A model generated the notes under the pieces. The model was not told where the DNA came from, searched no databases, and was given only the letters and a program-made list of their open reading frames with translations. This document shows, piece after piece, positions 49,415 to 60,894 of a stretch of 64,000 nt of DNA. Source of the stretch: Microbotryum violaceum (taxonomy: Eukaryota); assembly GCA_001244265.2 (NCBI GenBank), contig CDLV01000007.1:310001-374000 (forward strand). Reading direction: 5' to 3'. Made by a program: the position numbers and the translations under genes. Numbering within the stretch: position 1 is the stretch's first letter; each line of letters opens with the position of its first letter.

Positions 49415-51250
49415 ATGTCAGGGAAGGCACACACCCTCGAGGATATTGGCGTACTCAACCGCATCAATTGGCCAGTTTGGGCGCCTGCGATACGCCTGGC
49501 GCTGCAGTCAATCAGCGCTTTTCGCGTCGCAAATGGCGAGCAAGCGAAGCCGCCCGCCACGCAGCCCCGGGGTCAATCGCTCAAGGACTACACGTCTTTA
49601 TGCAACGACTTTGACTCGAAGGACGCAAAAGGGAGGACGCTGATCCGAAGCAATGTGGATGGCAACACCTGGTTCAAGTTGAAGGGGTCCGCCGTAGGCG
49701 CCAGCCTTCGTCAAGTCTGGACCGACCTGGTCAAAATGTAAAAGATTGCGTTTTGGTTACAACAACTAAACATCGACCGGGACGAGCTCGACGGCATCTA
49801 CGGGACGATCATCTCGGCCCTAGGACAAGAATGTGGCGAAGCGCTGCGGGTAATGATCTTACATGTCGACACCTTCGCCGTCAAAACCATACTCATGGAG
49901 CAGCTGCCTGAGAAGTACACCTTCGCGTTCCGCGAAGAGAATAACATCGATGTGTTCTGCGAAAAGGTCAGGAACGCCTACGAGGAGGACGTTCATGAAC
50001 GGTGCCGACGTCAGCCCACGCGCCGAGCAATCGGCTAGCGCGTTTTCCGCGTCGCGCCAAGACACTTCCCAGGGACAGGTACCGTCTTGTAATGGGAATT
50101 GCGCTTGTGGCAATCAGGATCACGTCTTCGCTGCGATGGGACAAAGCGGAAACCAAACCGGACCCGCCAGGAACAGCCACCGCTCGATGGGCAACCATCG
50201 TAGTAGAGGAGCCACGAAGACTCGCGCGGAGCACTACGCAAATGCGGACAAATGGGGCAAGATCGTAGATGGAAAGCTTTGTCTGCGCGAACAACCAATG
50301 CCTCAACTGTTCCGGGTTCGGCCACCGGAAAGCCGGTTGCACCTCGAAGGACCCGGCCGTCGACAGAATGCGATACCTACAGTCGCTCCAAATAAACATC
50401 CCACTCCAAGGACACGCCTTCTAATTCGTAGAAGATCCCATTCCGATGAGCCTTGCCGATAAAATGGGCACCTCGTACCACTTCACGAATTACGCGTTGC
50501 AAGTCAACGAGGAGATGGTATTCCGCGCCGTCACCTCCAAGGAGAATCCGGAGCTCATTTTTGATACTGGGGCCACAACGATAAGTCGTTGCTTTGTGAT
50601 TATGAAGACTTGGATTTTCCTACTGTGATGGTCGATGCAACGGGGAACCGCACTTCGGCAATCGGGCGAGGCACGCTCAAGGCCGAGTTCAAGCTCGCCG
50701 ACGGCACCGTGTCCAACATGTAAATTGCTCGCGTCCTGCACGTTCCTGGATTCGTCGTCAACCTCATCTCAGGACCATCACTTTGCAAGCAAGGCGTACG
50801 TATCGAGATGGAACACGATCGCTGCGAGTTCGTTCAAAATGGCAAGACGTTCGCGATCGCCAAGCGCGTCGGTTCGAAATACATTTTTCAGGCTCGTCTC
50901 TATACCCGCAACCCAGTTGAAGCCCACACGCTGACGGTCTCCGAACCCATCACGGTAGGAGAATTCAAGTCTTCATAATCACAAAACAACGACTTATCGT
51001 TGTGGCCCCAGTATCAAAAATGAGCTCCGGATTCTCCTTGGAGGTGACGGCGCGGAATACCATCTCCTCGTTGACTTGCAACGCGTAATTCGTGAAGTGG
51101 TACGAGGTGCCCATTTTATCGGCAAGGCTCATCGGAATGAAGGTGACTGATGTGGTGTTGGAGATCTTGCACCGCAATTGAGTTCACGGTTGAACTGATC
51201 AGACGCTACCAAGTTGAATTTCGATGCGAGGCGATCTTTGGTCCAGGAAG
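49415..51250 (+). mobile_element. Ty1/copia relic: degenerate gag-protease (and possible GAG-pre-integrase remnant), opposite orientation to the integrase segment
   Basis: Gag N-terminus LNRINWPVWAPAIRLAL, zinc knuckle CLNCSGFGHRKAGC, protease LIFDTGATT and VLHVPGFVVNLIS; multiple stops and frameshifts. Confidence 0.85.
50439..51139. repeat. Inverted repeat: 50439-50631 versus 50947-51139 (about 193-bp arms, about 315-bp spacer)
   Basis: Arms are reverse complements with about 4 mismatches; the ORF track shows the same peptide (MSLADKMGTSYHFTNY...) on both strands. Confidence 0.95.
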
Positions 51251-51374
51251 ACGAGAACACGAACTTCAGTCAACGGTCGATAGCAGAGTCAACGATTAGT
51301 GAGGAACCAGTCAAGAGGACTCCGCACCGCCGCTGACGCAGTCCGCGCCTCCCTGGCCAAAATGGCTTAAACTA

Positions 51375-51763
51375 CACATGCGCGCGCGAAACTCATGGGG
51401 CCCATATGGAAAAACGACGTATGTCTGCCAAGACCAAAGTTATCTTGCACCGTGAACAGCTCCCTTCTGATTTCAATCAGCATCGATTGAAATCGTTATT
51501 ATTTTTGCCAGCCCCTTCACAACTAACTACACGCAAAGTTACCTTGCGCCTTAAATGGCTCCCTTCTGATTCCGCATCGCTTGAACTTGCTGGCTTTTTT
51601 GGCTGTGTTGTCCAGTTGTGAAGGGGCTGGCAAAAATAGTAACAATTTCAATCGATGTTGATTGAAATCAGAAGGGAGCCGTTCACGGTGCAAGGTAAAC
51701 TTGGTCTTGGCAGACATACGGCGTTTTTCCATATGGGATCCATGAGTTTCGCGCACGCATGTG
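51375..51763. mobile_element. MITE (Tc1/mariner-type, non-autonomous) with 150-bp TIRs and TA target-site duplication
   Basis: TA|CACATGCG...CGCATGTG|TA; arms 51375-51524 and 51614-51763 are about 93% identical reverse complements; 89-bp spacer; no transposase. Confidence 0.88.
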
Positions 51764-52578
51764 TACCCAAATGTATGTACCCAAAAACCCCAAAGACGCT
51801 TCTAGCCATTACTGCTCGCGCAGTCCCTTCCAACAAACAGGACTCGTTGGGGCACGAGGATCTGGCAAAGACGCTTGCGATGTTCATGAAGATTGAGTCG
51901 ATTTAAGCATTGCAATGAGCTGGCTGAGAAATAAAACACAGCTCAGTTATAGCTAAGACGATGAGAGGGGGGCGCTGCGAGATGCCCTCGAATTTTCTAC
52001 TTGGAAACGTGTGGCAGCTAAAGCCCCTTTCGCCGACAGGCTCCTGTCCCCTCTCAAGGCTCCCGACCTAATTTGTCGTGAATGCCTCTGTAAAATGAGT
52101 CAAAGCAAAAATGAAAACAAATCATAAATTTAGAGGTTTCCCGTCCACGCAATCTCGACCATGACATTGTCGACGTCCTGCTGGGTCATCTCGGACCGAA
52201 CCGACGGCGCGGCGGCGGACGCGGACACCGCGGGCCGGGCCGGGGCCGATTCCTTTCTGTGTCAAAGACTGAAGTGCCTATGAATCCGATAAAGGGTTTC
52301 GCAGATATATAACCATGTGCGTATACAAAAAAGAGACCCCTTCATTCCGGCTGCAAAACTCCTTGATGCATCCCCTCATCAATCTCAATTAAGCCCCGCG
52401 ACGATGTCGATGGGGGACGCGCCAACTCGCGCCGGGACCCGCTCGTCCTCTACCGTCACCCCACACAGCTTCCACCTCGTGACGTCGCCTTTCAACCCGC
52501 CTCGGTTCTCACCCCACCTCGGTTCCCGACCAAAGCATACATACACACGTGCCCCATAATTTACTTCTCATCGTGGTC

Positions 52579-53116
52579 ATGAGCCCCGCTCCACCGGACG
52601 ATGATCACGTCTTCTTCACTGGTGAGTTCCCGTGTCTGCGAGCGGGTGTCATCATGACACAGGGCCACGAGACCTCAGAGGCGATGCGCCAGCCGTATCA
52701 CGTGTTTTGTTTGGCTGATCAGCTGAGCATCGTTCGTCGACCGGAACCCGCAGTGACGGGTTGTTACTCCCTCGACTATTCCGAGATCGGTGAGTCCACC
52801 AAGCACACACGATGCACTGTCTCTTTCATGGATCTGATCTACCATTATTCCCACCAGCGCTCAATCCGAACTCTTCGCGCAAAAGTACGGCGGTCAAGTC
52901 GATTCCTTCCGCACGCGAGCCGAGGCGTTGCTCAAACTCTCTACGGTCGGCGTCTCGGCAGGCGCTCGAAGATCAACGAGTAAAGGCTCGTGCAACATTT
53001 CCTCTTCACAATCGAATGGTCGGGACGCGGGTGCTGCAGAAGTGCAGGTCTACGAAGATGACTTAGACGACTCGGAGACCGACATGCCGGTGATCGTCAT
53101 TTCGACCAGCGATTGA
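52579..53116 (+). CDS. Small spliced hypothetical protein
   Basis: TATATAA near 52306; ATG 52579; two GTGAGT donors (52622, 52790) with CAG acceptors can be joined into one frame ending in an acidic tail (EDDLDDSETD). Confidence 0.45.
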
Positions 53117-53616
53117 TCGGGGAGGCGTCGATTTGACATGCGGTCACGCCGGAGAAGCTCGGTTCGAAGCGGATTCCGCCAGACGCGTTCGTAATTGGAG
53201 GGGCGTTGCAGTGGGGAAAGAACGAACGAGTCGGGCTTTCCAGTCCGAAAGACTTTGTTGTAGTAGATAAATTGTGTTTGGCTTCACTAAAATTTTGGTT
53301 TGCATCGAAGGACACTTGTTATTGGACATGATCAGAGTCTGCGCTTAGGGCCCGGGCGTGAGGCATGCGCCTGTGATGTGCATGAAGTACAATCTGACCC
53401 TCTTGACTACTGGAAATGCAAGTTACACTTGAAAATTATAGAAGCTATTTATAGCGCTGTACTGTAAGGCACCCGCTTACAGTCGGATTTTGACATCACT
53501 GGGCGACTCTTCACTTCTCCCGTACATGCATGTGGACATCAGCTGAATCTATCACGCTAATCTGACCATATCAGAGTATATATACAGCTGTTTCGATGGT
53601 TTGCTGAGTTTGTCTT

Positions 53617-55007
53617 TTACGAATCTTCGGCGATGTCGAGCTCCTTGCACTGCATAAAGACTCCGTTCTCCGAGTAAGGCTGCCTGCGATCTGAAGCGAG
53701 GTACTGAGCGATCCTCGGAGAAATTTGAATACGCTTGTGCAACTCAAAAAGCTTGGGGTAGTCGGGCTTGATCTTGGCGAGCCAGTTTGGGAACGCGAAT
53801 TGGAGCTGTGCAAGGATCGAAGAAGAGGACAATGTCTCAAACTAGTCAGCAATTTCTCGAGTGGAGAAAGCAGTACAAGCATGCTCGAGAGCGGACTGAC
53901 CCCATCGACCAGTTGAAACGCCGCCAAATCCACATAGGACACACCCGACTTGAGCAAGTACCCATTTCCCGCCTTTTCAATCGCCGTCTCGAGATACTTG
54001 AAGTAGAGAGGGAGGCGCGTTTCGCGGAATTCTTTCGCCTTTTGGATCGCTGCATCTTTCTGGTCGTGGTAGAACATGGAGGCCGAGATGGGATGGTGGG
54101 TGTCGTGCGCCTTTGATCAAACTTGGTCGCTGGTCAGTAGGACTGTTGACAGTCCGCCCTAGGTCCCCGGGCCTGGCTCCGGCTGGCTGAGTTTTCAATC
54201 TCACCTCGTTGACAACGTCGAGAATCGTCAGCAGCAATTCTTGTTGATGGAAGTGGCTGACATCGTCCAAAGAAGCCTTCGCGTGCTTGAGCCTTTTGGT
54301 ATCAGGCTGTTGATTCTCCTGCTCAGCGCTCGCCTCCGAGGCAGCAGCGGGACGTTCAGAGTCGAGGCCGATGGGCGCCACACGCGCCGAGAGGAACGAG
54401 ATGATGTTGGGCGTTTGTGAGATGACGGCCTCAACTTTGTCGGATCCACTAGACTTGACGACAAGAATGGGAGGGGCAAAAGGAGTAGGGTTGTCCTCTA
54501 GGTTGGAGGTGATGACCAAGGACATCAGTTGAGAGATGTTTTCTCCCAGTACCGTGCCGGACTCGGACTCGGACTTGATGCTACACTCGAGTGAGGCGCA
54601 ATTCGTGGACTGACCACAGCCTTCGAATGTGCCCTGGACGTAGGGTTGAACGGCTTTCTGGCCTTCTTCGGTCGCGGTGTCGTGGTACGGGGTAGCAGTC
54701 GCTTCGAGGTACAATCGAATGAACTGCGGAGAGTCGGGGGGGGGGGGGGCACGCCGTCATGTCAGAACGGCGGCGACAGCTGCTACCGTACCGTGTGGAT
54801 GTACAACTCACTTCAGCACGTCCGGGCATACCTGATTTTCAATCGACCAGATGTGAGATGTGGTATGGTAGGGCGAGGCTTGGTTAAATGAGCGTCCTGA
54901 GGATGGATGACCCGACCGTTGCTCCTCGCCGCGACCATGTGGTCGGACTCGGCCCCGGAGGCAGTTGCTCACTCACCAGCGTGGTAGACAATGGTGTAAG
55001 CCGACAT
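53617..55007 (-). CDS. Glutathione S-transferase
   Basis: MSAYTIVYH...PGRAE..YLEAT, FAPPIL, ISQTPNI, HDTHHPI...YHDQKDAA, RLPLYFKYLE, SYVDLAAFQ and YPKLFELHKRI...YLAS; several introns. Confidence 0.88.
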
Positions 55008-55823
55008 TGTAGTGAACTCAGAGAAATGAACGTTTATTGACTGGTGCTCGGTGTTGCTCGGTGTTGCTGGATGCGTAGAGAGAAGGGAGCAGGGCGAGAA
55101 GAAGATCCGATTCGTCACTTTGCTCGGTGCAGATGAACCTCCCTCGGAAGACCCGCGCGGCCAATCCCGACGGAACCTACCGGGGCGATCGACTCGGAGG
55201 GCCACACCAGAACAGCTGCAATAGGGCCAGCTAATATGACGAGTTTGTACGCTCCTTTCTTAGTTTAGTTTTGTTTTTGAAGTGCTTATGGTTCCGCCCC
55301 CGGCAACCACTTTCATGTGGATCGCGTTCCTGTAATGCTACTAGTACTACTACTACTAGCGGCGCGGAGGGACACGTACCGTCACTGCAAGTGTTCCATC
55401 TTGAGCGGTCCAGATTACTCTGCATTCTCAGGATAAACATGGGAACGTCATAACATTCCAATTCCCACTCCGCCACTGCGCCTCACTCTAACTTGATGTT
55501 GGCGGCGGCATAGTGCCTTGCGCCGTTTTAGGTAGATGAATCGAAGCGCGCCGCGCGCGGCCGTCGTTCCATCCCTGGCATCGCCACCGGTCGGCCGATG
55601 AGAATATTGTTTGACCCTGACTTGTTCGCTAGTTTGGCTGCAAATCACAGGCTTCCAGTTCAGCGGCTCAATGCCAGTATAGCGACTCGTGATTTCTTGA
55701 TCGCGGAGTGCAAGGCGACATCCCGGCAATACCATCGCATACCGAGACATAGCGCGAGATGCACAGATCCGAGAGTACACCCTTTGTAGCGACAGCGTCA
55801 TGATGATATTACATGCCTTGCAT

Positions 55824-57851
55824 TCAAAGTAGCTTCAGAGCACTCTGTTCAAACTCAACCAATGCATCGGCCCTCAACTGGACCCATTCGTCCTCACTGG
55901 CCCCTGAGCAGCTTTTCAGCAAGTCAATGAGATAGCCCACATCTCTCAGCTCCTTCGTGGCTACCCGCTCAGGCGTCTTGCCGGAAGCGACGTTGATCGT
56001 CATTTCGCCAGCTTCCTCGTCCCACGACACGGCCTCTTTATCCCAAGCAGCGTGCTTCTCCCTCCTCTTTTGCAAGATCCTGGCAATGAGCTGCATCCCA
56101 TTGGTTGACTGCCGCTGCGCCTTAAGCGTCCTCTCCCGATTGTCCCACGTCAGCTGGCCACGGTCCATCGCGTTCTCCTCCTCAATCATCCCTTCCACTT
56201 TTCCCCTCTCCCACAGCTTGACGAGACCGACAACAACCTGGCCATGCGTTCGTTCGTTCGGATCGAGGCCGTAGACTTTGAACGCCTCCAAGACGTGCGC
56301 CATTGCGACCCAATCTTGCCTTTGCAGGAATAGCTTGAGGAACGTGTTGAGCGTGATGGTGGACATGATCGGCTTCAGCAATCCCGGCAAGACCAAGAGT
56401 CGTTTACCGCCCGTAGCTTCCCGGTGAGCATCGAGGAATGATCGGTACAGCGCTCGAGCAGTCGGTGGATCTTGGGATGGGTAGCCTGCCTCGCGCTGCA
56501 AGGGGCTCGCACGGTGGGCCTCGACACGATTCGGACGATGAGCAATACGCAAGCCTCGACTTGAGCTCGGACGTAGCATCGAACTTTCGCGCCGTACTTG
56601 AGGCTGAATCAACGCTTGGATGCAGAGCCGCCAAGTCATGTGGTCGCGCTGCCACCCACCCTGCATCATTCTGGCGAGCAAACCCCAAAACGAAGTGAAA
56701 CGAGCTCGCTGCAGTTCGACGCGCAGCAGGGCGTTGAAGACAGGCGTCGAGAGTCGTACACAATCCCGGTGTAGCAGAGAAACGATCAAGTAGGCCGCGT
56801 CGCGTTCGGCTGGGCGTCGATACGTCGCGATCGCCAGAAAGTTGAGGAGGGCGAGGTATGGCTCCGCAGGTGGAGACTCGAGGATCGTCAAATCCTGCCC
56901 GCCCGTATGGGTCATCAGCCCATTGCTTCGTCTATGTAGCGAGGATCCAGTCGTTTCGAGGACGGGGAGCGTTTCCGAGCCTCGAGACTCGAACCACAGA
57001 ATACGCCACTGGAAGAAGAGCTCCTGCGCGCCGTCAATGTCGCGATCGGAGGCCTTGCACCGAATTGCCTCGGCCCACATCTCGGGCCGACCAATGTCGC
57101 CTTCATGAGCCGAGTCAATATGATTGGCAAAGATCTCGAGGGCCGCATCGCTTTGGCCAATTCTCTTGAGAGCATCCATCGCCGCAAGAGCAAAGTGTGC
57201 ACCGAGCTTCCTGTCCTCGGCCGATCGCTCCATCCCGTCCTCGGTCGGCTCTTGCGATTGCTTGACCCATTCTATGAGAGTCTCAAGGTAGGCTGGGTTC
57301 GAGACAATTTGGCTTGCGGAATTGGTGATGACGAGCTTGGCTATCGAAGCCGGGATGGCCCACCCCTTGCGACGCGAGGCCTTGAGCGCCTCGAGCGCAC
57401 AAGAGATCTGACCATATTCGATGAAAAGGCGCAGCAGCGAGACGATATTGTCCGAGCTGACGAAAGACGGAGAACGGCTGAGTTCGGTGAGGTACACATG
57501 CAACGCGTATTTGGGTTGACGCCCTCGCAGCAGGTGCGCGAGGTTGAATGCGAGCTCGGCCGGGCTCGCGGCGAGCATTCGCCGTGAAGGACCCTTTGGT
57601 GCTGATACGGGTAGCCTTGGTCCCATTTGAGCGCTTTCTCGAGCTCCATGTGGCTGGTCAGGTCGCGCAAGCGATGCGCCGTCTATCGAATAACTCGCAC
57701 CGGGCAGCCGTGACGTCGAGGCTATCGGTGCGAAGCTCGTCGGGGCGTTCGTCACAGGGACTCGTACGGTGGCAGGGGTCGACAAGGTACGAGCAGCCTG
57801 TCGCCTCGTGGATGCGGTGAGACAGGCGCAACAAGGCGCCAAGGGCATCAT
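55824..57851 (-). CDS. Pentatricopeptide-repeat (PPR) protein, probably mitochondrial, single exon
   Basis: Repeats such as PVFNALLRVELQRARFTSFWGLLARMMQGGWQRD and TITLNTFLKLFLQRQDWVAMAHVLEAFKVYGLDPNERT; Arg/Ser/Thr-rich N-terminus lacking acidic residues. Confidence 0.8.
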   Translation of the reverse strand: MMPLAPCCACLTASTRRQAARTLSTPATVRVPVTNAPTSFAPIASTSRLPGASYSIDGASLARPDQPHGARESAQMGPRLPVSAPKGPSRRMLAASPAELAFNLAHLLRGRQPKYALHVYLTELSRSPSFVSSDNIVSLLRLFIEYGQISCALEALKASRRKGWAIPASIAKLVITNSASQIVSNPAYLETLIEWVKQSQEPTEDGMERSAEDRKLGAHFALAAMDALKRIGQSDAALEIFANHIDSAHEGDIGRPEMWAEAIRCKASDRDIDGAQELFFQWRILWFESRGSETLPVLETTGSSLHRRSNGLMTHTGGQDLTILESPPAEPYLALLNFLAIATYRRPAERDAAYLIVSLLHRDCVRLSTPVFNALLRVELQRARFTSFWGLLARMMQGGWQRDHMTWRLCIQALIQPQVRRESSMLRPSSSRGLRIAHRPNRVEAHRASPLQREAGYPSQDPPTARALYRSFLDAHREATGGKRLLVLPGLLKPIMSTITLNTFLKLFLQRQDWVAMAHVLEAFKVYGLDPNERTHGQVVVGLVKLWERGKVEGMIEEENAMDRGQLTWDNRERTLKAQRQSTNGMQLIARILQKRREKHAAWDKEAVSWDEEAGEMTINVASGKTPERVATKELRDVGYLIDLLKSCSGASEDEWVQLRADALVEFEQSALKLL

Positions 57852-59157
57852 GTTGCTAAGAGTGTGAGGTCCAGTTGTGGCTGAGAAGATGAAGCCGGTT
57901 CCCAAGCCGCCACTCGAGGTTCGGCGGCCTCAAGACCTTGTCCATCCGGCGGGGCACTATCTGGCACTATGCCAGTCTGTGCAAGTGTACTAGTAGGCTC
58001 AAATGAGACTCTGGCGGAGAGCTGTGGTAGTTGAAAGGTGGGACAGGATGGGACATCGGTACATCTCACCCGAAAACCTGCTAAAATGCAAGATCACCTA
58101 CTAGTACGCTGTCAGGAGTTCATGTTGGCCGGGGTCGATGCAACGCCAAAGGCTATCACGTGACCGTCGAAGGCGTTCGCTTCAAGTCGATCGATCGGTC
58201 GATGCCGATCGCCATGATAGTTTGCCAGCAAATACAAAATATCACCCATCTTAAGTGGGTTGGCGTGACATCCACTCAAGGTGCACATGCTGTTCGTTTT
58301 TTTGCTGTTTCCTTTTACAATCGGCCCGTGTGGGCACTGCAGATGTAGGCCCGTCCGTCGCCCGAACCGATAACCGACGAACCGCGCGACCGTCACTCTT
58401 CACGGAAACACTTCAGGTTCTGTTTCGAACCGATCCGACTTGGAATCAAAACAAAAAAAAATCAAACCTGGCGCTGATACCAAATCTGTGGGTACCTGCC
58501 TACCCAGCACAGCATGAGTGAAGCCTTGCCGAAATTTGCCGGTGATAGCTCCCGCTCGATGGCTCGGTGAATCGCGCGGCCTCGTATCCCCGCCCGCCCG
58601 GAACGGGCGACATGCGAAAATAGCGCTTCCAAAAGGCGGTTTCGCTAGTGGCGGCTATGTAGGGGCCCCGCACTTACCTACCTATTGTTTGCGATTACCA
58701 GGTTACTGACCAAAGAGGTACTCGCATACATCTAAGTAGCTTCGACATTGAACTATACGGCTTCTTTGATCCTGCTCTCCCTCTTTGCTTTGCACCCTTA
58801 ACATCCAACTGACGTGACGCCGACCTTTGCAACCCCCTGTCTCTTCCGCCGGTGTCGACCACTGCACGATGAAGGTCCATTTCGCCGTTTCGACGCTGAT
58901 GGCAGACTCCAGCTGACGTTTGCGGTTACAGCGAAAAAGGACGCTGGAGTTCTTGCTCGTGGAGTAAGTAGCAGACACTGACCCAACCTCTTCGATACCC
59001 GCGAAATACTGATGAGTGGTGGCCTACTGTCCCCTAGTGAGTGCGACCGCCGATTGCGCGCAGGTTTTTGGTGTCCAAAGCGTCGTGTGTTCCGTGCCTG
59101 TAGAAATTGCTCTGGACCGTAAGTGCATCCCCGCTCCGCCAATGCGCAGGCACAAAC

Positions 59158-59511
59158 ATGCTTGGTCGTGCATCGCTTGTTGAAGATCGCCCATTCGTTG
59201 GCTCACGTGCGGAGACGTATCGTCAGTTCGAAACGGCAAAGGCGATCATGGCCGCGAACTCGGCAGCGATGAAGCTCACGCGGGAACATTGGCTCTACCT
59301 GTATGGCTGGGAGAGCCAAGGAACGATTGGCGACATCCAATCCTCGCGTCCTTGGTACTGGAATCGTAATGCCGCCGCCAGATGGGATGCTTGGAAGGAC
59401 GACTTCGGCATGTCTTGTGACCAGGCCCGATCAAAATACGTTCAAGAAGTTTTGAAGATCATTGCAGCGAAAGCTACGAAGAAGATTCAACGAAGTGGAT
59501 TACACAGATAG
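59158..59511 (+). CDS. Divergent acyl-CoA-binding (ACBP) domain protein; 5' end unresolved (possible upstream exons from ~58869)
   Basis: QFETAKAI...LYLYGWESQGTIGD...RP.YW...ARWDAWK...GMS.DQARSKYVQEV matches the ACBP pattern. Confidence 0.75.
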   Translation: MLGRASLVEDRPFVGSRAETYRQFETAKAIMAANSAAMKLTREHWLYLYGWESQGTIGDIQSSRPWYWNRNAAARWDAWKDDFGMSCDQARSKYVQEVLKIIAAKATKKIQRSGLHR

Positions 59512-60894
59512 AGGCAGCTCGATCTTGGAAGAATAATTCACTGTGATCGGTGCAGCTGTCTGTTGACAAGGATCGGATCTTGTGAGCGAGATGGCGGCGA
59601 CAACTTGCAAATCGCGAGCGATCTCAGAGGTGATCAGGTCACAAATGAGCCAGTGGAGACACAAGTTTCAGAAATTCCTATCCGGTGTGTTTGTGGTACC
59701 CGCAACTGAACAGTGTGCGTGGTTCGAAGAACGAGTTGCCGAGGAGACGAGCTTTCCCGGTGGCCGATTGTTCTTCCGCCTTTGTTTCAGACCGTGGCAG
59801 TGCGGTTCTCGGCACCTAGTAGCTATGTACCGAGGCCCGATACTGTAAAGGCTGTCCCACGCTTGAGAAAGGACTTGCCAGGATAATCTCCCACTGCTGC
59901 AAGCCCGTCGATCGGTTGTAGGATACCGGAAGCTGAGTGCAACGCCTGTTGACCCCGCGCGCGCCACCTGCCTGAACAGGCAGAACCTTGAGCCCAAATC
60001 GTTATTTTTTCCGAGTCTATGCACTCGACTTATACGCCATGTGGAAGCAAGACAGTATCGGCGGCGTCAAACTCTCCGGCCCCTGATCTTCCCAATGACG
60101 GCTTTGCACCGATACGAAGCCAGAAGTAAAGACGTCGAAGGGGTCGTCAAATTCTTCACCCGGATCCCCAGAAGATATCGGACGGCAGACGAGTGGCCAA
60201 ATGGATTCTCACCGCCATTGCCGACATTAAGTCGGCTTAAACCTTAATGTGCAATTATCCATGATCATTGAATAGCTCTGGACCTTGGAGGCATGCGGGC
60301 ACTGAGACTTGAAATCGGCTGCCGAGCCCCCGGCGCTTTTGCTTTCCAGTCCTTCCGGCGAGACGAGCGCCGGGGCTCCTGATCACGTTTACCGAGTCCA
60401 GCTGTCGAGCATATTGGATTGAAAGGTCGAACCAGCCATGCGTGAGCTCGACACGTTGCCAATGGAGTGTCTGAACCCTTGCTGTGTACACGAATGGTTC
60501 CCTCGAAGTGGAACGGGAAGTCCGAGCAACTCCGTGAGACAGGAGACGAACTCTCTCTTGACCCATGAAACCCAAAGATGAGATCAGAGTTCACTTGAGT
60601 CCAAGGCAAAACGCGCGACTGACTCGAGTCAAGTTCGAACAGCGCCGTGCCGTTCGGGGGTCGCGGTCACGTGAAACGTTTTGGCCAAGCACGTGCTTTC
60701 GACCGTGAGATCGATCCGGCGCCTCTGTCGACTTTGTGGCTCTAGCTCTTGAACACATCGAGTGCGTTCGCGCTTCAGCAGATCCGAAAACCGCGTCTAT
60801 CACAGTGAATGCACACATCGCGCGTGTGAGATCATTGTAAGAGACCCAACATAGCTCGCCGACGCCGGCTTCAAAGTTCAAGGACGTGATCGTC

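Noticed and set aside
22030..59030. CTGATGA motifs as hammerhead ribozyme cores (e.g. ~22039, ~23904, ~59009)
   Set aside because: No stem II followed by GAAA with closing helices could be built around any of them.
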